This document shows positions 10,901 through 22,900 of a DNA stretch of 64,000 nucleotides, piece by piece. How positions within the stretch are numbered: position 1 is the first letter of the stretch; each line of letters begins with the position of its first letter. The notes below the pieces were generated by a model. It saw nothing but the letters and a program-made list of their open reading frames with translations, ran no database searches and had not been told where the DNA came from. The DNA comes from Tubulanus polymorphus. Its lineage: Eukaryota; Animalia; Nemertea. The position numbers and the translations under genes are program-made. The stretch lies in contig NC_134027.1 of NCBI RefSeq assembly GCF_964204645.1, forward strand, positions 372,001 through 436,000, given 5' to 3'.

Positions 10901-13900
10901 CGTTTCGTCACCTGGGGGCGCCCCTAAGGCATTCAGGCAATCCACTGTATTATATCAACATGTCCAATGGTAAATGACGGATAAATTTCCTTGCTGTTAA
11001 AGTTCAAAAAGTCCCCACAGTTGTGAGTTTGACTCAGAAAAGTGGAACCAGGTTCTATTGATGATAATATTAGTAATTTATTCACTTATATAGCGTAGAA
11101 CTATCAACATAATTTGGCCGTGCTTTGCATTGTAAAAAAAAACAAATGATGCCAAATTAGAAAAATTTCTGGTAATTCAAATGATTGTCACGCTAAAGTA
11201 ATTTCTATTTGTAGACATGTTCTGGTAGCTGTAGATGTAGATGGAATCCCGGATAAAGTCTACGAAGCGATGTTAGTCGAGAAAGAGAATTTCGGTTACA
11301 ACGGAAAAGGTCGAGAATATATTTACATTTGTCTTTCACAACAATGTGTTGAACAATGCGGTTTAGTAGCTGGTGATAAGGTAAGCTATTTTCAAGTTTT
11401 GGAAGTACAGTTTTAGACTGATTGTATCTGTGGTTGATTTAGAAGTACAGTTTTAGACTGATTGTATCTGTGGTTGATTTAGAAGTACAGTTTTAGACTG
11501 ATTGTATCTGTGGTTGATTTAGAAGTACAGTTTTAGACTGATTGTATCTGTGGTTGATTTAGAAGTACAGTTTTAGACTGATTGTATCTGTGGTTGATTT
11601 AGAAGTACAGTTTTAGACTGATTGTATCTGTGGTTGATTTAGAAGTACAGTTTTAGACTGATTGTATCTGTGGTTGATTTAGAAGTACAGTTTTAGACTG
11701 ATTGTATCTGTGAAGTACAGTTTTAGACTGATTGTATCTGTGGTTGATTTAGAAGTACAGTTTTAGACTGATTGTATCTGTGGTTGATTTAGAAGTACAG
11801 TTTTAGACTGATTGTATCTGTGGTTGATTTAGAAGTACAGTTTTAGACTGATTGTATCTGTGGTTGATTTAGAAGTACAGTTTTAGACTGATTGTATCTG
11901 TGGTTGATTTAGAAGTACAGTTTTAGACTGATTGTATCTGTGGTTCATTTAGAAGTACAGTTTTAGACTGATTGTATCTGTGGTTGATTTTGAAGTACAG
12001 TTTTAGATTGATTGTTTCTGTGGTTGATTTTGAAGTACAGTTTTAGATTGATTGTTTCTGTGGTCTATTTAGAAGTACAGTTTTAGATTGATTGTTTGTG
12101 TATTACTTGTTTTTAAGGTTCATTTAGAAGTACAATTTCAAATGAATCGTCATCATTTGTGTTTGATGCATTACGCACTAGATCACCTTGCCGACACTGA
12201 TGTTGTTTATCCGGATATTCGTAAGATAACTCCGTGCTGGACGGACGTTAAACAGTTTGAAATTGAGTACGCATCTTTAATTCCTTCAATAGTTTACATC
12301 ATTTTGATCAAAGAATATCTGACGAAATTTTGCCTTCGTTTTGCAGAAAGTGCCATTTTTAGCAAAACTTTGAATAAAGTGGGCATTCAAAATTTTGAGT
12401 GTCTTATTGATATCTCTAGACCCTCCATTCAGGTTAAAATCTCCAGACCTTAGTGATATTTCCTGTGTAGAGCTCTGTTACATACGACAGTTGATTCAGA
12501 ATTATGTTTAATTATTTCCAGTTCTATTGTGTTGAATAAAGATCAGATAGATGCAGTGGATCAGATGATTAATTTAAGAACGGGCTATACAGCCCCGCTG
12601 ATAATCTACGGACCGTTCGGTACGGGCAAAACAGAAACTATCGCTCAGGGAGTAATGTTACTGCTGAAACAGCGACGCGACGTTCGAATTCTTATCAGTA
12701 CTCATTCAAACAGGTAATCAATATACAACTCATTCAAACAGGTAATCAATATACAACTCATTCAAACAGGTAATCAATATACAACTCATTCAAACAGGTA
12801 ATCAATATACAACTCATTCAAACAGGTAATCAATATACAACTCAATCAAACAGGTAATTTGGAATAAGAAATTAGAAATACTGCTCGGCTCAAAGACTAC
12901 TGCAGTTATATGATGAACTTAGATTAAGTTAATTGAATTTCTTATACAAATTAGGACTCAAAAATGGAGATGAATTCAGTGACAGTGTGATCTTATGATA
13001 TCGACTGACTCTTGTTTTTAATTACAGCGCTGCAGATCTCTATATACTGAAACATTTAAACAAATTCATTCAACAACAGAAAAAGACGATTAAAATTGGT
13101 CGTTTAATTCAACCAGCTCGAAGAGTTGAAACTGTGCATGATGATGTAAGATCAATAACAACTGATCAGGATCCAGTTCCACAGTTTAATTCTAATCAAT
13201 AACTGTACAACTGGATTCTGTGTTTTCAAACTTATATTATTTTGCTGATATTAGTAGTAAAACTATCGAGCCAATATTTCAGTAAACCAGTCCGCCCTGG
13301 TCCACCCTAGTCCGCCCTGGTCCACCCTAGTCCGCCCTGGTCCACCCTAGTGCACCCTGGTCCACCCTAGTGCACCCTGGTCCACCCTAGTCCGCCCTGG
13401 TCCACCCTAGTGCACCCTGGTCCACCCTAGTCCGCCCTGGTCCACCCTAGTCCGCCCTGGTCCACCCTAGTGCACCCTGGTCCACCCTAGTCCGCCCTGG
13501 TCCACCCTAGTGCACCCTGGTCCACCCTAGTCCGCCCTGGTCCACCCTAGTGCACCCTGGTCCACCCTAGTGCACCCTGGTCCACCCTAGTCCGCCCTGG
13601 TCCACCCTAGTCCGCCCTGGTCCACCCTAGTGCACCCTGGTCCACCCTAGTCCGCCCTGGTCCACCCTAGTGCACCCTAGTCCGCCCTGGTCCACCCTAG
13701 TGCACCCTGGTCCACCCTAGTCCGCCCTGGTCCACCCTAGTGCACCCTGGTCCACCCTAGTCTGCCCTGGTCCACCCTAGTCCGCCCTGGTCCACCCTAG
13801 TGCACCCTGGTCCACCCTAGTGCACCCTGGTCCACCCTAGTGCACCCTGGTCCACCCTAGTCCACCCTGGTCCACCCTAGTCTACCCTAGTCCGCCCTGG

Positions 13901-16900
13901 TCCACCCTAGTGCACCCTGGTCCACCCTAGTGCACCCTGGTCCACCCTAGTCCGCCCTGGTCCACCCTAGTCCGCCCTGGTCCACCCTAGTGCACCCTGG
14001 TCCACCCTAGTGCACCCTGGTCCACCCTAGTCCGCCCTGGTCCACCCTAGTGCACCCTGGTCCACCCTAGTCCGCCCTGGTCCACCCTAGTGCACCCTGG
14101 TCCACCCTAGTGCACCCTGGTCCACCCTAGTGCACCCTGGTCCACCCTAGTCCGCCCTGGTCCACCATAGTCCGCCCTGGTCCACCCTAGTGCACCCTGG
14201 TCCACCCTAGTGCACCCTGGTCCACCCTAGTGCACCCTGGTCCACCCTAGTGCACCCTGGTCCACCCTAGTCCGCCCTGGTCCACCCTAGTGCACCCTGG
14301 TCCACCCTAGTCCGCCCTGGTCCACCCTAGTGCACCCTGGTCCACCCTAGTGCACCCTGGTCCACCCTAGTGCACCCTGGTCCACCCTAGTCCGCCCTGG
14401 TCCACCCTAGTGCACCCTGGTCCACCCTAGTCCACCCTAGTCCGCCCTGGTCCACCCTAGTGCACCCTGGTCCACCCTAGTGCACCCTGGTCCACCCTGG
14501 TCCACCCTAGTGCACCCTGGTCCACCCTAGTCCGCCCTGGTCCACCCTAGTGCACCCTGGTCCACCCTAGTCCGCCCTGGTCCACCCTAGTGCACCCTAG
14601 TCCGCCCTGGTCCACCCTAGTGCACCCTGGTCCACCCTAGTCCGCCCTGGTCCACCCTAGTGCACCCTGGTCCACCCTAGTCTGCCCTGGTCCACCCTAG
14701 TCCGCCCTGGTCCACCCTAGTGCACCCTGGTCCACCCTAGTGCACCCTGGTCCACCCTAGTGCACCCTGGTCCACCCTAGTCCACCCTGGTCCACCTTAG
14801 TCCACCCTAGTCCGCCCTGGTCCACCCTGGTCCACCCTAGTCCGCCATGGTTTGTAAAAAACGTTGTATATATTTTGGTTGTAGGTTTCATATTATTGTT
14901 TTCTGAGTTGCGATCGACGTAATTTCATTCTTCCGACGAAACAACAATTACTCGAATGTCAAGTCGTCATAGCGACGATGAGTATGGCGCCGTATCTGAT
15001 CAGTCAGGAAATGCGCGGGTGTTTTACTCACATCCTATTGGACGAGGCGGCTCAGGCGATGGAGTGCGAGACAATAATGCCTCTCGTTCTAGCAACGGAT
15101 AAAACTTGCACGGTCGTCGCCGGTGATTATATGCAAATGAGTCCGAAGATCTATAGCGACGAAGCGCGGCAACAAGATTTCGACCAATCACTGCTCGAAC
15201 GTCTTTATAAACATTACGATTTTAACGCTCGGCAACTCGACAGAAAAAACGCGTCACGTTTAAAGATCCTGTTGACGTTTAATTACCGAACGAGGATGGA
15301 AATATTACGTTTCATATCGGCGGTATTCTACGGTGGACCGCACCAACTGATCGCCTGTAGCAACGATAATACAACAATTGAGCACGCTGCGATGGTTTTC
15401 TATACGACTCGAGGTCGTGAGATACAGCAGACGGATAGTACATCGTTTTATAACACAGCTGAGATCGACGAGGTCGTCACGAGAGTTGAGGAGTTATACG
15501 AACGCTGGCCGGTAACCGCGTGGGGCGAGAAACGAGCGGAAACAATCGCAGTCGTTACTCCGTATCACGATCAGGTTCAGAGAATACGTAGAGCTTTACG
15601 TCGCAGTAAACATAAACAACTGAAATTAGTTACAGTCGAAACAGTTCAAAATGTACAAGGTAAAAAATATAATCAGAATTCAAATTAAAAACCAGTAGAA
15701 ATATTCGACTCACAGCTCCTCGAGCCATGACTCTACAATTAATCTTCAACATCTTCAAATAGTCATAAAAACCGGATTTAGAATCTTCTTATGTCACATG
15801 ACTGCTTAGGTTTATGTTATGCAGTCAATAAATGGGGTGGCTCCGGAAGGGTGTCGTGATGTAAACCCTTATCAATAAATGGGTGGCTCCGGATGAGCAT
15901 CGTGATGTAAACCATGTTTTTCTGTTCGTTTTAGGTAAAGAATTCCGTGCTGTGTTTATAAGCACAGTTCGAACCCGGCATCTGATAGAATCGTTGTCAA
16001 CGGATACGACTGACGCTGGAAATTACGGTTTCCTAAGCGACCAGAAACTGTTGAACACAGCGTTGACTCGAGCGGAGAGTTTAGTCGCGGTTGTCGGTGA
16101 CCCGGTTGCTCTGTGCGCTATCGGTGACTGTATGACTGTGTGGAGAACCTTCCTGAAACACTGCAGTAATCTGAATAGTATCGTCCCTAAAGATGTAACA
16201 TTCATCGGTGTTAAAACAGATGTATTGAATCTGTTAAACTCACAGCATTTCATGTCTAATCGTGATTCTGATGAGACTGCTACCGCTGCTGCTGTTACTG
16301 CTACTGCTGCTGCTGCTGTTACTGCTGCTACTACTGCTGCTGTGATAAAGCCATTCACAAATCAAGTGAGTTTAACTAGAAAACAGTCGTTTATTAACAG
16401 AAAAGCTTTTGGGCCTTTATTCTTCTAGCTTTACTAATACCGGTTGGTCTGTCGTCGACCGCGCCAACATCCCGCGCAAGTTCCGAGCATCATAAAATGC
16501 TCGTCGCGCAATATCCGCACAAACAATGTAATTTATACCTGGGGGGTGAGGGATACTTTATGTCCTAGTCAGTAACTGAACATAGAATTTTAATCAGTTT
16601 TGTGATCAGATACTTCATTTGTATATATCTGAATACATCAAACACATAATCTGTATCTGATTATAAAACCTTAAAGCAACAATTGTGATAGATTTGTTGT
16701 GGATCATTGAAATGTTGTTTATTCCTGGTTTTGTAGGAGGTATCCGTTGAAATCAGTGCCAGTAATGATATCATTGATGTTAACTATCAAGAGGAAGAGA
16801 TTGTTCTCAATGCTGATGAAATTATAGCTGAATTAGCGCGAGATGTCATTAAACGGTAAGAATTGAAATCTTACGGTAGAACCCTCCAGTACAATGACTG

Positions 16901-19900
16901 TTTAGTGATCAAACACATGCTGAAAGTGACAGCTGTGATGATCATTACGTTTATCACTTAGATTTAGTCAATTCAATTAGAAATACAAATTAGGACTTGA
17001 AAGTAATGACGACTTCAGTGTCATGTGACTGTAATGCCCACGGGCTGCGCAGTTGCTCAAAAGTTGAGTTAACTGTTGGACAAACACCATGGTTACAATG
17101 CAATTTCTATGTCACTATAACTGTAACCAACTGTTGAACAACTGCCGTCCATCGGTTACTGACATCAGTCATGACTCAAGTCAATAGTTTAATCTTAAGA
17201 CTGGTTTAAGTTGTGAGATGAATGAAGATCATGGTCTCTGATGAGACTGGTCTTAGATTTACTGTGCAGCTGATCATGTACCGCGTGCTGAACTGTTGTA
17301 CTGAGCTCTAGTTATTCTATAATGATCTTATTCCACTCTTTCTCTAGGAATGAAATGGAAAGTGTAGATAGTGGAATCTCTCAGGAATCGATCCACATTA
17401 GAGAATTCTGCGATCACGCGATCATTAAATACTGGTCTAAAGGGAATTATTTCGCCAAGAAATTGAATTCAGATGGTTTCGAGTCCGATGAGAGTTCCGA
17501 TGAAGATGTGACGGTGGCGCCATCTGTTTTATGTTTACAGCGTCTGCTGCGTCTGAATCCGAACAAATACATCAAATCCGTTCTAACAATCGACCATCGT
17601 TCGACCGGTTGTATCTACGCCGAGCCGGTTACCGATGGCGACGCGTCTGCTCGGATTATAATAACGTCTCGTTTGAGATGCGGTGAAGGTTTTAACGGAG
17701 ATGTCGCGGTAGTCGAGTTAATAAACGACGATACCGCAACAGACCCGTTCGATTATCGTCACGGTAACGAGCCGATTAATCGTCACGGTTACGTAGTCGG
17801 TATTTTGAAGCGATCAATCGATCCGACTAATCGAAGGTTTGTTTGTTCCGTTGAACCGGGGAATTCCGGTTTAATGGTTCCGATTAATTCCGGAATTCCC
17901 AAAATTTATAACTTAGAAACGAAACATCGAGCGACGCATTCGAAGAGAGGTTTCGTAACGGTCTATAGAGTAACCGACGATCGCAGATTTGAATTCGATC
18001 ATTACGAGTCGATCAGCGCCACCTGCGAGCAAGATCACAAACTATTCATCGTACAGTATTTGAAATGGGATAAATTACTGCATTCTCCGCTTGGAGTTGT
18101 AACGAGAGTGTTCCTCCAACCCGGAGCAACAATCGACCGAGGAATTCAAATACTCTCCGTAGAACACGATATTAAACAGAAATTCACGCAGGAAGTGGAA
18201 TCCAAAATACAGCAACAATATCCGGTCGGATTCTTCTTATCCGTAACCGCTAGAGACGACCTTCGCGACCTCCTCGTATTCACTATCACCGCGGCAACGC
18301 GTGAAGATATAGACAATGGGTTCAGTGTTGAGTCATTAGCAGACGGAGGATTCCGTATCGGAGTTCACGTTTCAGATGTCTCCGAGTTCATCTCGGCGGA
18401 TACCGTCGTCGACCGCGAGGCTCGTAAACGATCGGTATCCAAGTATCCGATCGGTCAGGACCCTGTTTTACTGTTACCCGAGAGACTCGCTATTGATTTA
18501 TGTAGTTTGAAGCCGTCGTTCGATCGTTTAGCTATATCGGTCGTCATGACGATCGACGAAGCGGGTGAGATTGTTAACTGTGAATTTAAACGTTCGATTG
18601 TTATATCACGTTTTAAATTCTCATTCGCCGAGGCTCAACTCATTCTAAAAAACGGCTGCCATTCCGGAAATGACGCCGAAGTCCGCGACGCCATGATGAC
18701 TTTACACCGCCTTACGCAACAATGGCGTAACGATCGCCTAGGTAACGCTCGTTTATACGATACGCTAAGTGAACTCGACGATGCCACGCACCACGCCAAA
18801 CGACTTGTTGAGGAATTACAGATAAAAGTAAATTATCAAATAGCTAAATATCTGCTAAATAAACTACCGCAGCTGACACCCCTGGTAACTCAGGCCGCAC
18901 CGGACTCACAGAAACTCATCACCTGGAAACAACAACACTGGCTCGATGCATTAAATACAGTCGCTATGACGCACGCATTCCTACCACCCGGCTGGATCTG
19001 TGATTGCACCGATAGTTGTGATTGTATCCTGGCTGAGATCGGCGACGAAAGCGCCATCTATGGAGAAATGATAAATTTACGAGCAGAGGTTTGGACATCA
19101 ATTGAAACAGCAGGTAAAATAACCAATGTGAGGGTTAATGGAGGGTTGCGGGAGAAGGATGAGGGGAGGGTGCCGCTGGAAGATTGAATTATAAATGAAT
19201 TATAAATGAATTTCTGTATTATTTATAGATGAATTGGAGACTATAGTAAAGTTAGTCGTTAGTCCTGAGGTTCACCCTCATCTAGCGATCGCTCTACAGA
19301 AACTCATCAACATACAGAAACCGATCGAGTATTGTTGTTCCGGAGATAGCAACTATCACCGATATCATCTACTGAATTTGAGTCCATTTACGTGTTTTAC
19401 CTCTCCGTTACATCGATTCGTCGATATCGTAGTTCAACGTCTGCTGAAATCGGTGATCACCCGGCAACCGATTGAATATACTCGGTCGGATATCCGTATG
19501 ATCTGCGATGAATTGACAGTCGCTGAACGTAAAGCTAAAACGTAAGTGATCAAATAATGAACATCACGGAGCAGCAACTTCTGAATCAGCAGCAGATCAT
19601 TGAATCTTTTATCTTCTGAATCTAGAGACAAATTTAACCAATATCTGTCACATAGCGCCATCTGGTGTGTATCACCAGTACCTGATTGCAGTATTTATAT
19701 CTATTTCAGTTTTATCGATGCTACTCTGTCTCTTCACGTAGCGCCATCTGGTGTGTATCACCAGTACCTGATTGCAGTATTTATATCTATTTCAGTTTTA
19801 TCGATGCTACTCTCTCTCTTCACGTAGCGCCATCTGGTGTGTATCACCAGTACCTGATTGCAGTATTTATATCTATTTCAGTTTTATCGATGCTACTCTG

Positions 19901-22900
19901 TCTCTTCACGTAGCGCCATCTGGTGTATATCACCAGTACCTGATTGCAGTATTTATATCTATTTCAGTTTTATCGATGCTACTCTGTCTCTTCACGTAGC
20001 GCCATCTGGTGTGTATCACCAGTACCTGATTGCAGTATTTATATCTATTTCAGTTTTATCGATGCTACTCCGTCTCTTCACGCAGCACCATCTGGTGTGT
20101 ATCACCAGTACCTGATTGCAGTATTTATATCTATTTCAGTTTTATCGATGCTACTCTCTCTCTTCACGTAGCGCCATCTGGTGTGTATCACCAGTACCTG
20201 ATTGCAGTATTTATATCTATTTCAGTTTTATCGATGCTACTCTCTCTCTTCACGTAGCGCCATCTGGTGTGTATCACCAGTACCTGATTGCAGTATTTAT
20301 ATCTATTTCAGTTTTATCGATGCTACTCTGTCTCTTCACGCAGCGCCATCTGGTGTGTATCACCAGTACCTGATTGCAGTATTTATATCTATTTCAGTTT
20401 TATCGATGCTACTCTCTCTCTTCACGTAGCGCCATCTGGTGTATATCACCAGTACCTGATTGCAGTATTTATATCTATTTCAGTTTTATCGATGCTACTC
20501 TCTCTCTTCACATAGCGCCATCTGGTGTGTATCACCAGTACCTGATTGCAGTATTTATATCTATTTCAGTTTTATCGATGCTACTCTGTCTCTTCACGTA
20601 GCGCCATCTGGTGTATATCACCAGTACCTGATTGCAGTATTTATATCTATTTCAGTTTTATCGATGCTACTCTCTCTTCACGTAGCGCCATCTGGTGTGT
20701 ATCACCAGTACCTGATTGCAGTATTTATATCTATTTCAGTTTTATCGATGCTACTCTGTCTCTTCACGTAGCGCCATCTGGTGTGTATCACCAGTACCTG
20801 ATTGCAGTATTTATATCTATTTCAGTTTTATCGATGCTACTCTGTCTCTTCACGTAGCGCCATCTGGTGTGTATCACCAGTACCTGATTGCAGTATTTAT
20901 ATCTATTTCAGTTTTATCGATGCTACTCTCTCTCTTCACGTAGCGCCATCTGGTGTGTATCACCAGTACCTGATTGCAGTATTTATATCTATTTCAGTTT
21001 TATCGATGCTACTCTCTCTCTTCACGTAGCGCCATCTGGTGTGTATCACCAGTACCTGATTGCAGTATTTATATCTATTTCAGTTTTATCGATGCTACTC
21101 TGTCTCTTCACGCAGCGCCATCTGGTGTGTATCACCAGTACCTGATTGCAGTATTTATATCTATTTCAGTTTTATCGATGCTACTCTGTCTCTTCACGTA
21201 GCGCCATCTGGTGTATATCACCAGTACCTGATTGCAGTATTTATATCTATTTCAGTTTTATCGATGCTACTCTCTCTTCACGTAGCGCCATCTGGTGTGT
21301 ATCACCAGTACCTGATTGCAGTATTTATATCTATTTCAGTTTTATCGATGCTACTCTCTCTCTTCACGTAGCGCCATCTGGTGTGTATCACCAGTACCTG
21401 ATTGCAGTATTTATATCTATTTCAGTTTTATCGATGCTACTCTGTCTCTTCACGTCGCGTCTGCTCTCAAATCGCGTCCGATCGTTTATTTACCGGTTAT
21501 TAATGCTGTTTCCTCGGAGACCATCTCGCTGATGTTTCCCACTCTCCCTAGTAACATTGATTACCCGGAATCGGTATCTACGATTCATCTGAATCTGTGC
21601 GATTCACCGGTGCACGATTCGGTGAGATCCGGCGTGAATCTACGCTGGGAGAAACGTATCTACGATTTAAATCCTGATCCGGGATTATTAGATCATCTCG
21701 CTCGTCGTCATGACGATGTTTTATCGTTAAATCCGAACCGATTCGCGGTTCAGATTCCGGCGGAATCGTGGCAGAGTTTACTGCATTCAGTAATAGGTGG
21801 CAACACCGACGCGATCTGCTCCGAAATGGGACTGCTCCGGTCGGAGGTCAGTGATTTACCCGGAATCGATCGGTACGTTCCTGATGTCATCGTCGGCATG
21901 GTAACCGATAACAATACGCGGACGAAACGACGATATTACAGTCAGTTTGAAATGACGTTACAACCGGGTCATGTGACACACGTTCAGATATCGACACATG
22001 TCGTTAATGCGATGTTAAAACCAACCGTTCAACTGATATATATAACTGATAGATTGAGTTTATGCATTGAACACATGTGTGAACCGTTGAGATGTTTCCT
22101 GCATTCTACCCCCGTTCCGAGTCAAACTGTCAAAATATCATCGAACATACGCGAATATATCGACGCGTGGCTCCCTCTGCTGGAGATGGAAGGTATTTAT
22201 AGATGCGTACGTGCAGGAGCGCCATCTATAACAATTCATAATGTATCAATAGCACATGCAGCAGCAGGTGCAGTAGCGGTCGAGCCGGGGACGGTCGGGC
22301 CGGGGACGGTCGGGCCAGGGGCTGAGAACAGAGGCAAACACATCGGTTAGTAACAGTTTAAACCGTTTCTATCTGTTTACGTCGTTGCTATGGTATTTAT
22401 TTTTTTTAAAAATATTTTTATGTTCAGGGATTTTCGCGATTGATCAAGGTTTTTGTGCTGAAAGAAATATCAGTTTTTCGCCGTCGATAAACTATTTCTG
22501 TATCAAATATCCCGGTAAGTTTAACAAGTCTACTGCACCTCTTCAGGGGAGATGAGAGTTGAGATGAGGTGGTCGTGCACCACTTCAGGGGAGATGAGAG
22601 TTGAGATGAGGTGGTCGTGCACCACTTCAGGGGAGATGAGAGTTGAGATGAGGTGGTCGTGCACCACTTCAGGGGAGATGAGAGTTGAGATGAGGTGGTC
22701 GTGCACCACTTCAGGGGAGATGAGAGTTGAGATGAGGTGGTCGTGCACCACTTCAGGGTAGATGAGAGTTGAGATGAGGTGGTCGTGCACCACTTCAGGG
22801 GAGATGAGAGTTGAGATGAGGTGGTCCTTCACTAGAGTTGTTTGTTTCTGGCTGCTTTAATTCATTAATCTGTTGTTTGTTCAAGGTTTAGAAGTTGACT

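Noticed and set aside
13288-14850. Interstitial telomere
   Set aside because: Contains TAGGG but the unit is a 10-mer, not TTAGGG or TTAGG
19600-21400. About 20 overlapping 75-128-aa ORFs (MQYLYLFQFYRC...)
   Set aside because: Artefacts of an 86-bp repeat shifting frame each unit; TTG starts; lies inside a HELZ2 intron
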